Origin: Azolla caroliniana
Taxonomy: Eukaryota; Plantae; Polypodiophyta
Direction of reading: 5' to 3'
Assembly (NCBI GenBank): GCA_043228905.1
Contig: JBHGNT010000011.1
Span: forward strand, 18,228,001 to 18,292,000
DNA: 64,000 nucleotides
In this document: positions 43,492-57,500 of the stretch, in pieces
Position numbering within the stretch: the stretch's first letter is position 1
Layout: the number at the start of each line of letters is the position of its first letter
Position numbers and translations under genes: made by a program
Notes under the pieces: model-generated
What the model was told of the DNA's origin: nothing
The model's database searches: none
The model's input: only the letters and a program-made list of their open reading frames with translations

Positions 43492-46400
43492 GTTTCTCTG
43501 TAGCAGCACCACACTATAAACGAACTTCAGCAATATCTATTGCCCTGATTAGCAAAATAGTTTTTTTAAATTGAATATGTAAACAAAATAGAAACAAAGT
43601 TATGGAAGTACAAAAGCATAAAGATATAAGAATTACTGAAGGCAGATATAAGTTGAACCAATCAACTAACATGTCAGAACTACATATGAATTACTGAAGG
43701 CAGATATAACTTGTGAGTTTACTGTTACTATGTAATCATTCACAATATTACATAACAGTAAGACATTTCTCACTAAACCTTAAGAGTTTTAGAAAATGCT
43801 AGTTGTTGCTAACGTTAGAATTTTGGGCCTCAGTAAGGAATTCATTAATATTATGTGAAAGTAAAAGAGGCAGCTCAAAACTCCTCGTATTATAACCTTA
43901 ACAATAACCTATCTCCCCTATATGATAGGTTATCCATGAATCCTGAATCAGTAACGGGTTATAAAGGCATATAGATCAAGCCATGCATGTATAACAGATT
44001 TTTTTGTGCTAGCAATTTTCAATCCAAATACCATGTTGATTGCATTCAGTCACGAATTTCCTATGCGCAGTTCCATTCTCTCTCTTCCTCTCTTGGAGGT
44101 CATGCACAGCCCCTTCAGTTGCAGGAAATAATATCAAAGCAGCAGAGTAGACCGTATTTCAGGTCACATCTTCTCATTCCCACCGATAATAAATGTCAAA
44201 CTCTGCTGAGACATTTCCTGAGAAACTGGGATTTGTGCAGGAAATCTTAAAAGTTAAAGCGAAAGAGCAAGCTGCATATGGATTATGTTTCCTTCCATTT
44301 TTTAACACCATCTTTCACCCTTTCACAGACTTAGAAAATAGAATGAATTTTTCCACATACAAATTTGCAAGCATGATCAAATTTGTCTAGCAGAGATCTG
44401 TGGGGTGTGTTCCAGAGAATGAAGAGAAAACCCCTCTGTGCAAGTATGGAAGAAGAGAAAATTTCGAGCCTGGACAAAAGTGAAGCTTCTTACCAGAACC
44501 TTGGATGAAGAAAGTGTGTCTGTCCCCTGAGTAGATCCTTCAGAGAATCAATGGAAACATGGCAAAGCAATCAAACAAAAGAAACCGACATAATCATAAA
44601 CTAGGGGATGATCGTCTCATTTTAAGAAGTCCTCAACCAGTATGTAGTTTAGTAACTCATGTAGAAGAACCCCACCATGGGGAATGAAATGGAAAAGTCT
44701 CCGATGAATTTATTCATGTTCAGGAGCCCAAGCTCGTATGTATGTCCCAGTGATCCTTGGCTGCATTGCTTCTCATTTTCGATGAAATTCCTTTGTTAAT
44801 CTAGGGGGAACGTTAATCGTGTGGAGAGTTGAGATATTGTGTTTGCGTGTGATTTTACAAGCCTCTCGAGTTAAGTGTGAAGGTGGTGATAATCGGGAAG
44901 GTGGCTTTTGCTTCATCTGTCAATTGATTTGGGTAGATGCCTTCAAAGCTTTACATTGGGTTTGTTCTTAGAGCCATCCCTTTTTGTGCTTGATGTATAC
45001 AACAACTACAAAACACATTGTCTAGAATGTCACTTTTCCATTGCGGTGATGTGCCCACTTTGTTTTGTGTGATATTATGACATGGGAATGAAGGGATGAT
45101 GCATGCCATCATCCCATATAGGATCTTCTTCCTCTTTGTGCCCATGGCATTGTTGCATTCATGAGGTGGAGAAGAGTCGATGTATAAAAACCACATCTTT
45201 GTCATTATGGTTTGAGGATTTGTAATTCGAGACATGGTAGTGGTTCTCAACATCTGTGTCCAAAACATATGGATCATCAATAAGAATTAATGAGTTTAGG
45301 TCCTCGAGTTATCGATGCGTTGTGCACGCCCCGCGGCTTGACTCGTGAGCTAATTGTAGAAATCCCAATACCTTCGCATCCATGCACACATGCTTGTATC
45401 TCTTTTTCCCCGTGCGAGAAATAGCATGTCTCCACGGTTCATACTACATAATATCTCCCGATTCCAGCCGTACACAAAAGTTGTTAGTTTGTCTTTCGTC
45501 GCACCCTATGCTCGATATTGTATCATATGTTGTTCAACGATAGAGAAACATAAACTACAAAAGGCTAGGGATTCAATATAAAATGCGTGTTCGTGTACTA
45601 ATATACCGTTTTTATTATTATCACTTGTTCCGTTCGTTCTGGAGCATTTTCCAAGCCCTCGACAAAAAAACCCCATCGTGGCACCACCTATATGACCTAT
45701 CTAGCACCCACCACCCACAATGATCTTTGAGAAGTGTCAATGTGTAATGTCGGTCAGTGTTTCTGGGTGTGAATGAGCCCCCACACAAGACTGGTTGGGT
45801 TGGTTGGTTCTCTTGTTTAATGAATTGTGGCGTGTGCCATTTGCTGCTCTGCTGGGGCGGCTGCTGAAGCAAAAAAAAAGGGGGTACTCTGTTTTATTTT
45901 GTTTGTGTTATTTTGTTTGGCCTTTCCCACGCAGAGCTGCTTGTTCTCCCTCCCTCCCTCCCTCCCTCTGTCTGACCCGCGCAGAAGAACTCCACTCGTT
46001 CACGAAAAATCAAGGGTAAGATTCGACCTTTTTCCTTGTCCTGGTTGTATATGTTTTTCTTTCCACATGTCCCGGACTGGATTTGTATTTCCCGTATTCA
46101 GATATATGTATATATTCTTTAGAGAGAGAGAGGGAGAGAGAATCCGGTTTGGATCCTAGGTATGAATAATCATCCATTCCAAAATAAAAGCAAAAAAGCA
46201 CGAGTAACAAAAAAACCCAGATGAGGTGAAAGAGAAGAGAAGAGAAATTAGAAGAGAAGAAAGCGTTCCAAAATTGTTGATCATAAACCAGGAGAAATTT
46301 AATATTTTTGATCTACGTAAAATCCTGATATTGTATTTTTGCCAGTCAAAATGATGTAAAACATGCATTTCTAAACCGGTAAACATCTTTGTACTTCTCC

Positions 46401-47289
46401 ACACTTAACTAGATTTTTTGCGGAATTTCTGTTCAAACGAATATTGGAAGATCTAGAATAGGATGTATTTTTGTTGGTCAAAAGGAAAAAGGTTTTCCAT
46501 GAGTTCTGGGACAAGAGCTATACGGTTGACCAATGTGTTTACTCTCTGAGACAGAAAAGAATTCTCAATATATCAAACTTGCATATACTTTGTTGTGGGT
46601 TTCAAATTTAAGTAATGGATATGATATGTATCTCCAAAAAACTAGAGAGGATATAATATTAGGGGTAATATTGTGGTCATTGCCCATTATGATGTGAAGT
46701 GAATGCTGTAGATTGAGGACTACCTTCCATTGTAATAAAGGCCACCTATATTGAGAATCTACTAAATTTCATGCAGTTAGATCGTGTGGCATTGGGCTAA
46801 ACTGTTAGCAGTGCCACCAAAAAAATGGAACTATATATTGGAAATTAATGTCCAAATGCAAATTTTGAGTAGATCTCCTTTATTTGTTTGTTTAACAACA
46901 TTTAAAGTTTTAGTGATCCAGGACATATAACCTATCTGTTATATGTGAATGGTAGGTTATATCAAGGCTGTATAAGTAGGTTTGAGCTACATGATGTTAA
47001 TCATTTTATTGCCGAAGCTCAAATTGTTCTAGATGATAAACATGTAACGATTCGAAGCCTACAGTAGGGTCAGTGAAATATTTCTTGTGTAATGAATTGT
47101 CACACAATCCTGTTATTATCTAGGTATATATGTGATATAATCTTTAAAACCAGTATAGCGTTAATGTATGGAATCTGCCGTTTACCTTTCCTGCACATCG
47201 ATCACTTCCTTGCATGTTTGCCCTTCCTTGTATGCATGTGTATGTTTATTTTGTTATCGGTGCATTATGCTCAAAATTTCCATGTCCTA

Positions 47290-50200
47290 CTCTCAAGCCA
47301 CCCACTTAAAGGTCCGATGTGAACATTCAAGTAACTCCCACTAACTGTATGCAATGCTCATGTTGAGCTTTGCCAAGACTTTTAGTGAGAATATCTGCAG
47401 GATTATCCTGTGTTTTGATCTTGGTCAATGTGACTAGACCATCCTCCAAAACTTGTCTGATAAAGTGATGTCGCACATCAATGTGTTTGGTGCGCGAATG
47501 AAACATGGCATTCTTAGCCAGATACACAGCACTCTGGCTATCACATCCTAACACAGGAGTACTAACAGACATGCCAAGATCTTCACCAAGTCTGCTGAGC
47601 CATATAGCTTCCTTTGAAGCTTCTGTAGCTGAAATATATTCAGCTTCAGTAGTACTTAGTGCTACAATCTTTTGCAATTTGGAGCACCAAGACACTGCTC
47701 CACCAGCAACTGTAAATATATACCCGCTAGTAGACTTACGTGTATCCAAGTCACCTGCCATGTCTGCATCACAATATCCCTGCAAATTTAATGCACCCTT
47801 CCCATAGCATAAACATTTTCTCTGTGTACCCTTAAGATACCTGAAAACACACTTGACAGCCTCCCAATGTGCTTTCCCGGGATTAGACATATAGCGACTA
47901 ACAACTCCCACTGCATAAGCAATATTTGGACGAGTAGCTACCATAGCATACATTAGAGAACCACATGCTAATGCATAAGGAATTCCCTTCATAGCATTGA
48001 TTTCCATCTCATCCTTTGGACAATCAGCCTTGCTGAGTTTAAGATATGACGGCAAAGGAACTCCAAGGGACTTTGCTTCTGCCATATTAAATCTGTTAAG
48101 CACTTTTTCAATGTACTTTTCTTGTGACAAAAACAACAATTTGTCTTTTCTGTTTCTACTGATTCTCATGCCCAAAATATGCTCTGCATTTCCCAAATCT
48201 TTCATAGAGAAGACCAATTTCAGTTGATCTTTTAGAGCATCAAGACTAGTCTTTCTTTTCCCAGCTAGCAACATATCATCCACATATAGAACAAGTATGA
48301 TAGGACTGTCATCGATATCCTTTTTCGTGTATAAACAATGATCTGCATAGCTACGATCAAAGCCTTGAGAAAGCATAAAAGTATCAAACTTCTTATACCA
48401 CTGTCGTGGTGCTTGTTTTAGGCCATACAAGCTACGTTTTAGTTTGCATACCAAATGCTCCTTGTTAGAGACTACAAAACCCTCAGGTTGTTTCATGTAG
48501 ATCTCTTCATCAATATCACCATGCAAAAAAGCGGTCTTTACATCCATTTGGTACAACTCCAAATTAAGCATTGCAGTGAGAGCAAATAGCACACGAAGTG
48601 TGGTCATCTTCACAACAGGAGAGAAGACCTCTTGGAAGTCAATACCTTCCTTCTGTGCATAACCCTTGGCAACTAATCTTGCCTTGTATTTTGGTTTCCC
48701 TTCAATTTCCTTTACCTTATAAACCCACTTATTTGGAAGAGCTTTCCTTCCTTGAGGTAAGGACACAAGATCCCATGTATCATTTGCATATAAAGATTTT
48801 ATTTCTTCTTGCATTGCAAGCTCCCACTTACTACTAAGTTCACATGACATTGCCTCCTTATAAGTAAGAGGTTCACCCTCATCTGACAGCATGACATAAT
48901 GCAAAGAGGGGTCATATCTATATACCTGCCTCCTTGAACGATTAGACCTACGTACCCAATGATCAGTATTTTCTGGGATTGGTTCTAAATCTGGAGGAAA
49001 ATCATTTTCAGCACTTTCTGGCTGTTGCGAACCATGTCCAGCATGTTGTTCGACATCTATATTTTGTTCTTCAGTACCTTCATCTCGTTGACCAATATCT
49101 TCATGAGCATCTCTTTGCTGTCCAACTTCTTCTGGCTCAAAGATAACCGGTTGACCATCATATTCAACCCTTGGTATAGCATCATGAGGTTTATTTTCAG
49201 ATTTTGTGGATGGCTGTAATTGCTGAAATGTAACGCTCTTAGAGTTCCCAACAGAGGAACAAGCATTTTTCAGCAATTTTTCTTCATTAAAAACAACATC
49301 CCGGTTGCGTACAATTTTTCTGGACTGAGGTAACCAAATCCTATAGCCCATTTCACCTTCATCACCATAGCCCATAAAAATGCCCATGGTGGACTTAGCA
49401 TCGAGCTTATTTCTCAGCTCACTTCTAATGTGTACAAACGCATCATCACAACCGAAAATTCGTAAATGGTCATATGAAGCTGGTTTGCCAGACCAAACCT
49501 CCTCAGGGATTCCATTTTTTAAGGACTTGTTGGGAGAACGATTACATATATGAACCGCGGTTTTTAATGCTTCTCCCCAAAATTCATGAGGGAGATTAGC
49601 TGTGGACAGCATGCATCGTACTCACTCACACAAGGTCCTATTATACCTTTCTGCCACCCCATTTGATGAAGGGTTATATGGAGCAGTAAGCTCTCTTTTA
49701 ATACCATGTAAGTCACAATAAGACTTAAATTCTGCAGATGTAAACTCACCCCCATTATCTGTTCTGAGACATTTCAGTTTTGTCCCTTTTTGAGTAGTCA
49801 CAAATGCATGAAAAGATTTAAATGCATCAAATGCATCACCTTTTCTTTTCATCAAGTACACCCAAATCTTCCTAGAATAATCATCGATAAAGGAAATAAA
49901 ATATGCAGCACTGCCCAAGGATTTTACAGGCATGCTACATACATCAGAATGCACCAAATCTAGCACATTTGGTTTACGAGAGATACCAGAATAATAAGAA
50001 TTTCTCACTTGTTTGCCAAATAGACAATCATTACAAAAAACCAGCTTTGATCCTTTAACATCAAATCTTTTTAAAGCAGAAAGGACTTCAAGTCCTTTTT
50101 GGCTCATATGTCCTAATCTCTTATGCCAAAGCTCTAAACGAGAGTCGAATTCAGCAATAGCAAGAAACTTTCTAGGTAAAGCTTTGCATTGCAAACAGTA

Positions 50201-51200
50201 CAGAGTGCCCTTTTTGCAACCTTTCACAATAACCATAGATCCTTTCTTTAGTTTCCATAATCCACCACCGAATAATGTGGTGTAACCATGCAAATCCATC
50301 TGTCCTACAGATAACAAACTTTTCTTTATGCCAGGTACATACCTAACATCTTTGAGCATAAGCTCTTGACCATTATCCAAAGACAAGTGTATGGTTCCAA
50401 TACCATCAATATTGCAAGCACTATTGTTACCAAGATAAACTTTTCCATAACTGCCTGCATCAAATGTGGTAAAGCACTCCAAACATGGAGTAACATGAAA
50501 AGAAGCCCCAGAGTCTACTATCCATGTCTGTGTCAATCCATCATCGATTGACAATAAAGCATCAATAACATCTGTTTTGGTGATTTGCATGTCTTGAACA
50601 TGAGCTATAAAGGCATCACCTGTAATACAAAGTACATCACCATCTTCACCAGATAGGTCTTCAATGATAACATTTGAAGCCATATTAGCTTTCTCTGTTG
50701 TATTAAACTTATCCTCTTTGTTTTTCTTCTCTCCGACATTCTTCTTCCTTTCTAGTTCCATCTTCCAATATCTACAATCAGGTTTCTTATGACCTTTACG
50801 GCCACAATGATAGCAAGTGATATCTTGTTGTTTTCCTTTCCCTCTACTCTTACTTCTATTTCTTTGTCCTACATTTGGGTTCCTCTTATCATATCTCCCC
50901 CTAATATTGTATGCTGAACCACTACCTTCTCCGCTAGATTGTCTTCTAATCTCTTCACTGAGAATAGAGCCCCGCACACCATCGAAGGTCAAGGTGGGGC
51001 TATTAGATAGTGAAACAACTAATGTTTCCCACGAATCCGGTAAAGTCATAAGTAGGAAGATAGCTTTGAGCTTGTCATCAAAAGCTGGTAATCCTGAATC
51101 TTGTAGTTGGGAGAGAGTACCTGTGAATAAAGATAGATGCTCTGTTGCACCTTTCGACTCATCAAGCCTCATACTGACAAGTTTACTCACCAACAAAAAG
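47290..51200 (-). mobile_element. 5'-truncated Ty1/copia element B (Tnt1/Tork-like), AT-rich
   Basis: Partial gag, CYHCGRKGHKKPDC, WIVDSGASFH, integrase, RT (YVDD) and RNase H. PPT-like AAGTGGGTGG near 47297-47306. No PBS or 5' LTR found. Confidence 0.9.
47327..51196 (-). pseudogene. Copia B gag-pol with one in-frame stop
   Basis: ORFs 49622-51196 and 47327-49612 are in the same frame, separated by TGA at 49622-49624 (LCE*VRCML). Confidence 0.92.
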
Positions 51201-52213
51201 AATGGAGGCTATAATTCAAATTGATTTGAAAGGATTTATTGCAGGATCAAGCGAGTGAACTAATTGCACTGAAAATTATTTGAATGGAGATTATCCACCT
51301 CCCCCATAATAATGTCTAGACCACCTGATATTGTGATAATATATACTAAGTTCATTCTGTTTATGAATTGAGATAGAACCTGTAGATTTGTAAAGACAAG
51401 CGAATGGATCTTCCATATCCTGGGAAAAACACTATTGTCTTGGGATTATGCCTAATTCATCTTTTGGAACCTCTACTCTCACGTAATATTCTTGTTTAGG
51501 TAACTTAAGTGTTAGGGGATTTTTTTTACTAGCAAGTTGGTAATTAAATTCATTCCATTATGCCTCTCTGTCTAAATTTCGTACAAACCATTGAGAGATA
51601 ATTTTGAATGCTTGCTGAATAAAGATCCATACTTATAATAACAGCAGCATACCTGTGACTGTAAGTGGAAACACATCATGCATTGATGGGTGGTGAGAAC
51701 CCATACAGTAATTGGATCCACTTGAGTCTCTCCTTTTATAGTTGGTTATGTTCTTTAGGAAGGAATTACCTGCTTCAGCCAATTATTTGTTGTGATTCGA
51801 CATACTGAACATTCCTAATTGTAAGTAGGCTTGTGCAGGAATGGTGAAGGTTTGTATGCTACAATGACTCATTACTTTGTGCATTGTAGATTCAATTAAT
51901 TGTGAATTGTATTGAAATTTTAATATCTCAAGATTGTGTCATTCTAAATTTGTGGTGTTGCATTTAGAGCTGGAGGTTTATTTCTACTTCAGCACAATTG
52001 AATTTGTACTTCACAGGGTCCATCAATCAAGAAGATAAATAGTGTGCTCATCAACATTTTTATACATAGGTAAATGGATTTCCTCTCCGAATTGATCTAA
52101 ATAAACAATTACCCATGTGCAAGCTTACTATTGGGCTGAGTTCCAAATTCACAATATGGTTATGAGGCTAACTTTAAGTATTATTTCTATTGAGTCTTCA
52201 GTGAGTGTTTGAG

Positions 52214-54561
52214 ATGGCTCTTGGGAAAGAGATTATGGTCAGTTCTGACTCAGCAAATATGGTCCCAGAGAAAGAATCAAAACCCAAGAAGAAAATATGT
52301 TGCGCATGTCCAGATACAAAGAGATTGCGCGATGAATGTATTGCTGAACATGGTCAAGAAAGCTGCTCTAAGTGGATTGAAGCCCACCTTAGATGTCTTC
52401 GTGCAGAGGGCTTTAAGGTAAGCTTGCATTAATGTTGCGAGTGGTAAAGTTCCAATGACGTTGATGTTTGTATTCAACCTATTGTTTGTAACTTCATTGC
52501 CCAACATAGTTTGTGGGTGTTCTAAATGTTTTTATTTTCTGCTGTCTGACTTTTTCCTATTATTTCTAAATTTCTTGCAACGTATTTTTTAACATGCTTG
52601 GAACCTGTTTTTTAATAATCATGTCTCAACCTCGTTATGTCAATATCTGTATATAGTGACAGAGGATTCTTGAACCAATTAGAGATTCTGAGTGGTTAAT
52701 GGGGGCTACTGGGGAGATAGTCCTTAGTCCACTTTAGAACATTAAAGATACATAATATGATAATAATGGATGATATATAGGGGCGAGTTAAATCATTACA
52801 TTGTGTCTAGTGCAGAAACCCCATAGTTGAAAATTTCTTTCAAAACTTCAATTGATTTTATGGATCTTTTGGTATGAATTAGCCTTTGGCTGATGTTTCT
52901 CATGACACCAGTTGGTTGGAACATAAACAAACTTGTACAGATTAGTAAACGTTAAATCCTGTTGATGCATACAGTATTGTGGCCAATAATTTAATCTATT
53001 GCCCAAAATGTTGGCTTGTTTCACTTTATGCTTAGATATACAAGAGTCACATTTGAGAGAAATGCATGATTTACAGTTGGATAAAGATATGCTCACTTTT
53101 TACATTGCCTATAGCTTAAATGCAAACTTAAATTTCAAATTAGGGAGAATGATAAGAAGATTCTAGTCACATTTTTCATTTATCCATTAGCTTTGATGGT
53201 CAGCATTCCACATGCTATATATTACATTATTTATCACTTTTCTTAGAAGTTGAATTTCGGTGATTACTAGCTGCCCAATTTTCTTACGCGGCTGCTTTTA
53301 GAATGGACATTTCAGCTCAATCAGGTGTACTTTAGATAGAGTCAATAAATCAATTTATGATTGAGGGAGAGTCAAATTGCTAATCAAACATTTGGGCCAA
53401 GTATCCAATAGTCTATTTCGTATTCTCTCCATTTGATGGGACACTCAGAACCTTCTTTCTATCTTTCAACCATAGCTTCCACTGTAATTTCCGAAGCGGA
53501 TGATCCTATTTTTAATCCTAGATGATTATATTTTGTAAATATCTCTAAATGTTTTCCGATGTTCTACTAGTCTACTTAGATACACCTTTATTTTTTGCCG
53601 GTTTTATTACAGCTTTAATGCAGCCCAGATTTATGTTAAGCACTGTGTCTTTGAAATTGAGTATTTCCTTCAGAATGTAGACTCAGTGATTCTGATGCAG
53701 TTCATATAAGCCCAATTCTCTTTTAGAAAAGAAAGTATAAGCCTAGAAGGTAGCAGTGCTATGATGTAGCTAGCCAGGCACAAGATGACAAGTTGTCTAT
53801 AGCGCATGAGTGAAAGCCTCTATGACATGACCTTATTGGTGATATCGGCCATAGCTACATGCATGTGCCATTTGTCAAGATTCTACCCCTCTTGTGAGCT
53901 TTAGACCATGAACGTGCGTTAATTCATCTGAACCCCACTGTGTGTACACCCTTGTCAGAAAATCTGAACTTTCTCTTTCGTCAGGGAAAGTCGGGAATGA
54001 AGGTATGTGTTCTATCATCAGGAATTAAGATATGAACACTTAAAGATTTAGAGCGAAAAACTTGAGAACATTAATTACTATACGTCCCAACTTTCCTTTG
54101 ATTTACCTTACAAGAAAAGTTATAATTATGACTGAAAGTGTTAAGCCTTCATTTGGCATCAAGAAGGAAATCAATCATAGAAGCATGAAAGTTTATAGTT
54201 GTCATCGAAATCTAGAGTTACAAAGGTTTCATTTAACTCACATAATCTCGCCTAAAAGAAATATTTGCTACATACAAATTCAGTGGAAACCACATTACTC
54301 ACTATGTTGATACGAAGAATTCTTGTCCCATGAGATTGGATTCAACTTCCCAATTGTCAAGAGCAAGCATGAGGTGTTTTCATGCTGCCTTGTATATATT
54401 ATTTGTTTGATGTTTGTCATTTACATCTATTAAAATCTGCTAGGGTACTCTCAAGAATTTTGGTTGCTTTTAACTCGCCATTCCCTTGTTTGGAAGGTTG
54501 CATTTTTAGCTTATCTGAACTTTCTTGTCTCTTCTGTATTTATTTGTTTTTGCAGGTCTGA
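52214..54561 (+). CDS. COX17: Cytochrome c oxidase copper chaperone COX17
   Basis: [25 protein letters not shown]...C...H..CLRAEGFK (CCxC plus twin Cx9C). Exon 52214-52417, donor GTAAG, final exon GTC TGA at 54556-54561 after ttttgcag. Confidence 0.95.
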
Positions 54562-57500
54562 ATCAATGTAAGGTTTCATTTTTTTGAGGGGGTGCATGTA
54601 CAAGAAGAGTTCCAATGTGGCATTTAGTTTTACGAAGCTTAACATGTTCTTTTGAGAAACTAAACGTACAGAAATACATACCATGATAGATTGATGTTAA
54701 AATAATGGTTCAAACAGATGTTATTCATTTGCTAGCATCTATGAAGATTCAAGATGCTTGCAGTGTAATGAGGGTATATGCATAAATTGTGAACAAGAGA
54801 TTGATTTTGTCTATACTAGTCAATGTGGTTCATTGCTTATTGCAGCTGCTATAATTTGAAGTCCACAAATTATTCATACAACTTTAAATGTAAAAGATTG
54901 TTTACTGAGCAAAATGGTATTGAGAAACACATTTTTAGTGAAAGGCTCAGTTACATTATATTTTTTTATAGAACCATTATGAAGCAAATTGCGATCATTT
55001 CAGCTGTAGAACTTCTATTAATTTGGGGAATGGGTTTCTTTTGTGAGAGTATTTATAGGATCCCCGAAAAATGTTGTAATCTGTTGCCATTGTTCTAGAT
55101 TTATTGGTTGATATTGTGGTCACTCAATGATATTGGTTCAAAATCAATTATGTTGTGATTTTATGGTTGTGGGGCCCTGTGCTTTTGTGGTCCAGGAAAT
55201 GAAATTACTTCTGATGTCGCCAATTACTGTTACCACAAGTGCACCCACTTTTTTGGTTGGCAAATGCGTATGACTTTATTCGGGGTGCCCTTGTCCTTGT
55301 TGACTTATTTCTGCCACACATGTAGGCCCCTATTTGCTGGTGGTGAGTTTGAAGGTAGCCTAATGTCGCCTTACCTGTACAATTAGACCATGTGGCACCT
55401 CCACAAACCTCCACCAAATTAAACATGACCATGCAATAGATCGTAGTCTATTATAAGTTTGTTGTTTTGCCTTTAATCTCTTGATGTGTGGTGAAAGTGT
55501 GAAATGATGGTTCTGAAAGAATTACCTTGACACTATATGTATTTACTATTTTAGTTGTGACTTTCAATTCATCATGCACTAGTTTGATTTTAATATTTGC
55601 CTTGGTAACTGGAATTGGTAGATAATCTAATACATGTTTATGTTTTCAAACTTATAGATAGCCTACATCATGCATCATGCATAGAGACTTTTTTCCGGTT
55701 TTGGTTCCATAGGCTAATGCACCACCATTTCAATTGGTTATAATATCTTGGTGCATTAGCCATTGGATGCCAAACATTACAGGGGGTCATGCACGTATGG
55801 GCCCTTTGGACCCAAGTCTCGACAATCTTCTCAATCGTAAAAATATGTAAATGTAGGTGAGATGTGAGACTAGCAAATTCTAACGTATGTGAGCAATGAG
55901 AATTGACAAACTGGGAAGGGTCTAAAAGTAAAAGTTAAAATGTAAAATAAATTATGCATAATGTGATCGGTCCATTCATTTATGGGGCTCTTGAATAAGA
56001 GGTGAGAGTCGATAACTAAAGAGCAATATTTTACCTCTCATCTTCACAAACTCTATTGTTTGCAAAACATCGACCTATTTAGATTCTCTCTCTCTCCCTC
56101 CCCGCTGAAACGTGTCAAGATCCAATGTCAAGGTCAAAGCATCAATAAATTGTGTTTTACTCGTTTGTTGCATATCCGAAATAACTATTGGACAACCATG
56201 GCTTGGTAATGCAGTTGTTAGGGGAAGGTTATTACACTCTTGTTGGAGGAAACTTTTATGTGTATAATGACAAACATCATGCAACATAAAACTCTTTGAT
56301 TGAGACTTGACTATATAACCTTAGTTTATAAGTAGAATTTATTTTTTGGAATTGAAAGTTTTGTTTCATATAAGATTGTGAACAAGCCACCATTAATTTT
56401 GCTCAGGCATATTGGAGAGCCTCCATAAGTAAGATCAGTTAAATGTATTCATGAGGCTTGAAGTTTACCAAGTATCTAATATTGAAGCCTCCCTAATAAA
56501 ATTGTTATGCTTCATTTTTGTGCAACTCAACCAAATTTTTTGTGATTTCAAGTTTCAACCCAAGATGCATCTTTGGACAATTTATACAAATAATGTGCGG
56601 TTATAACCAATGCATCTACGAAATTTTCTTAAGTTATTCTTTGATATTGTGCTTTAACATGTTGGTTGAATGATTAAGGTACAAATAAAAATATAATAAA
56701 CAAGACATTACCTATCAAAATTTATTCACTTAAAGCTTCTTATGCTTAGGTTACAACGAATATATGAACATTATGCAAAGTGGTAAATCATGTGCTTTGA
56801 ACATTAAGGGTGTGGGCAACCAAAGGGTTGATGTTGCATTCATTATAAAAGCTTCTCAATATCTTTATTTCTAGATCATGCATACTAATACCCCACTTGA
56901 GGTGGCTTCACAACATTGACATTGACATTTTTTTCACGATACAAATTGAAGGCAATGCTAACAACATGCAACAAACCACTCCTAAAAAATGGCTTTAGAG
57001 CATAGCCATTGATGGTGCCATGTTTTCCAAAATGCAACGAGTGAACGTGGCCTTTAATAGACAATGGGAATAACACGTCTACTACACACACACACACCTA
57101 AAAATATGTGCAAAACATGTTTTTTTCTAGTATTCTCACACTCAAGAAACCCTACCTAAATTTGGAAGAAAACAAAACATTGATGGTTTCTAAAGTATGT
57201 ATGGTATCATATAAGGGGTTAGGCATTGTAGCATAAAAGAAGGTTTAAGGATTTAAATGGAGCAAGAAGATATATTTCAATAAATGCTACCATAAATTTA
57301 TTGTACATGTTGTTAAGCCTTACGCTTGGCATATATGTGTATACCTACACCATATGGACAAAACATGCGAACAAATGAAGATCGTGCTTGCTTGGATTCT
57401 TTTGGGTACTTGATGAATTTATTGTTGTCTGTGAGGCAGTGACAAAAAATAAGACTGAATTTAATTGGCGTGGATTTGGATGAGTAATGTAGGAGGAAAA

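Noticed and set aside
44600-45600. Possible decayed transposon or Helitron fragment between DPH6 and COX17
   Set aside because: No recognisable protein motif, terminal repeat or TSD could be established by eye.
23091-54561. Functional gene cluster (metal binding, tRNA processing, diphthamide, Cu chaperone)
   Set aside because: There is no shared pathway or shared regulatory signal, and orientations are mixed, so adjacency is probably incidental.
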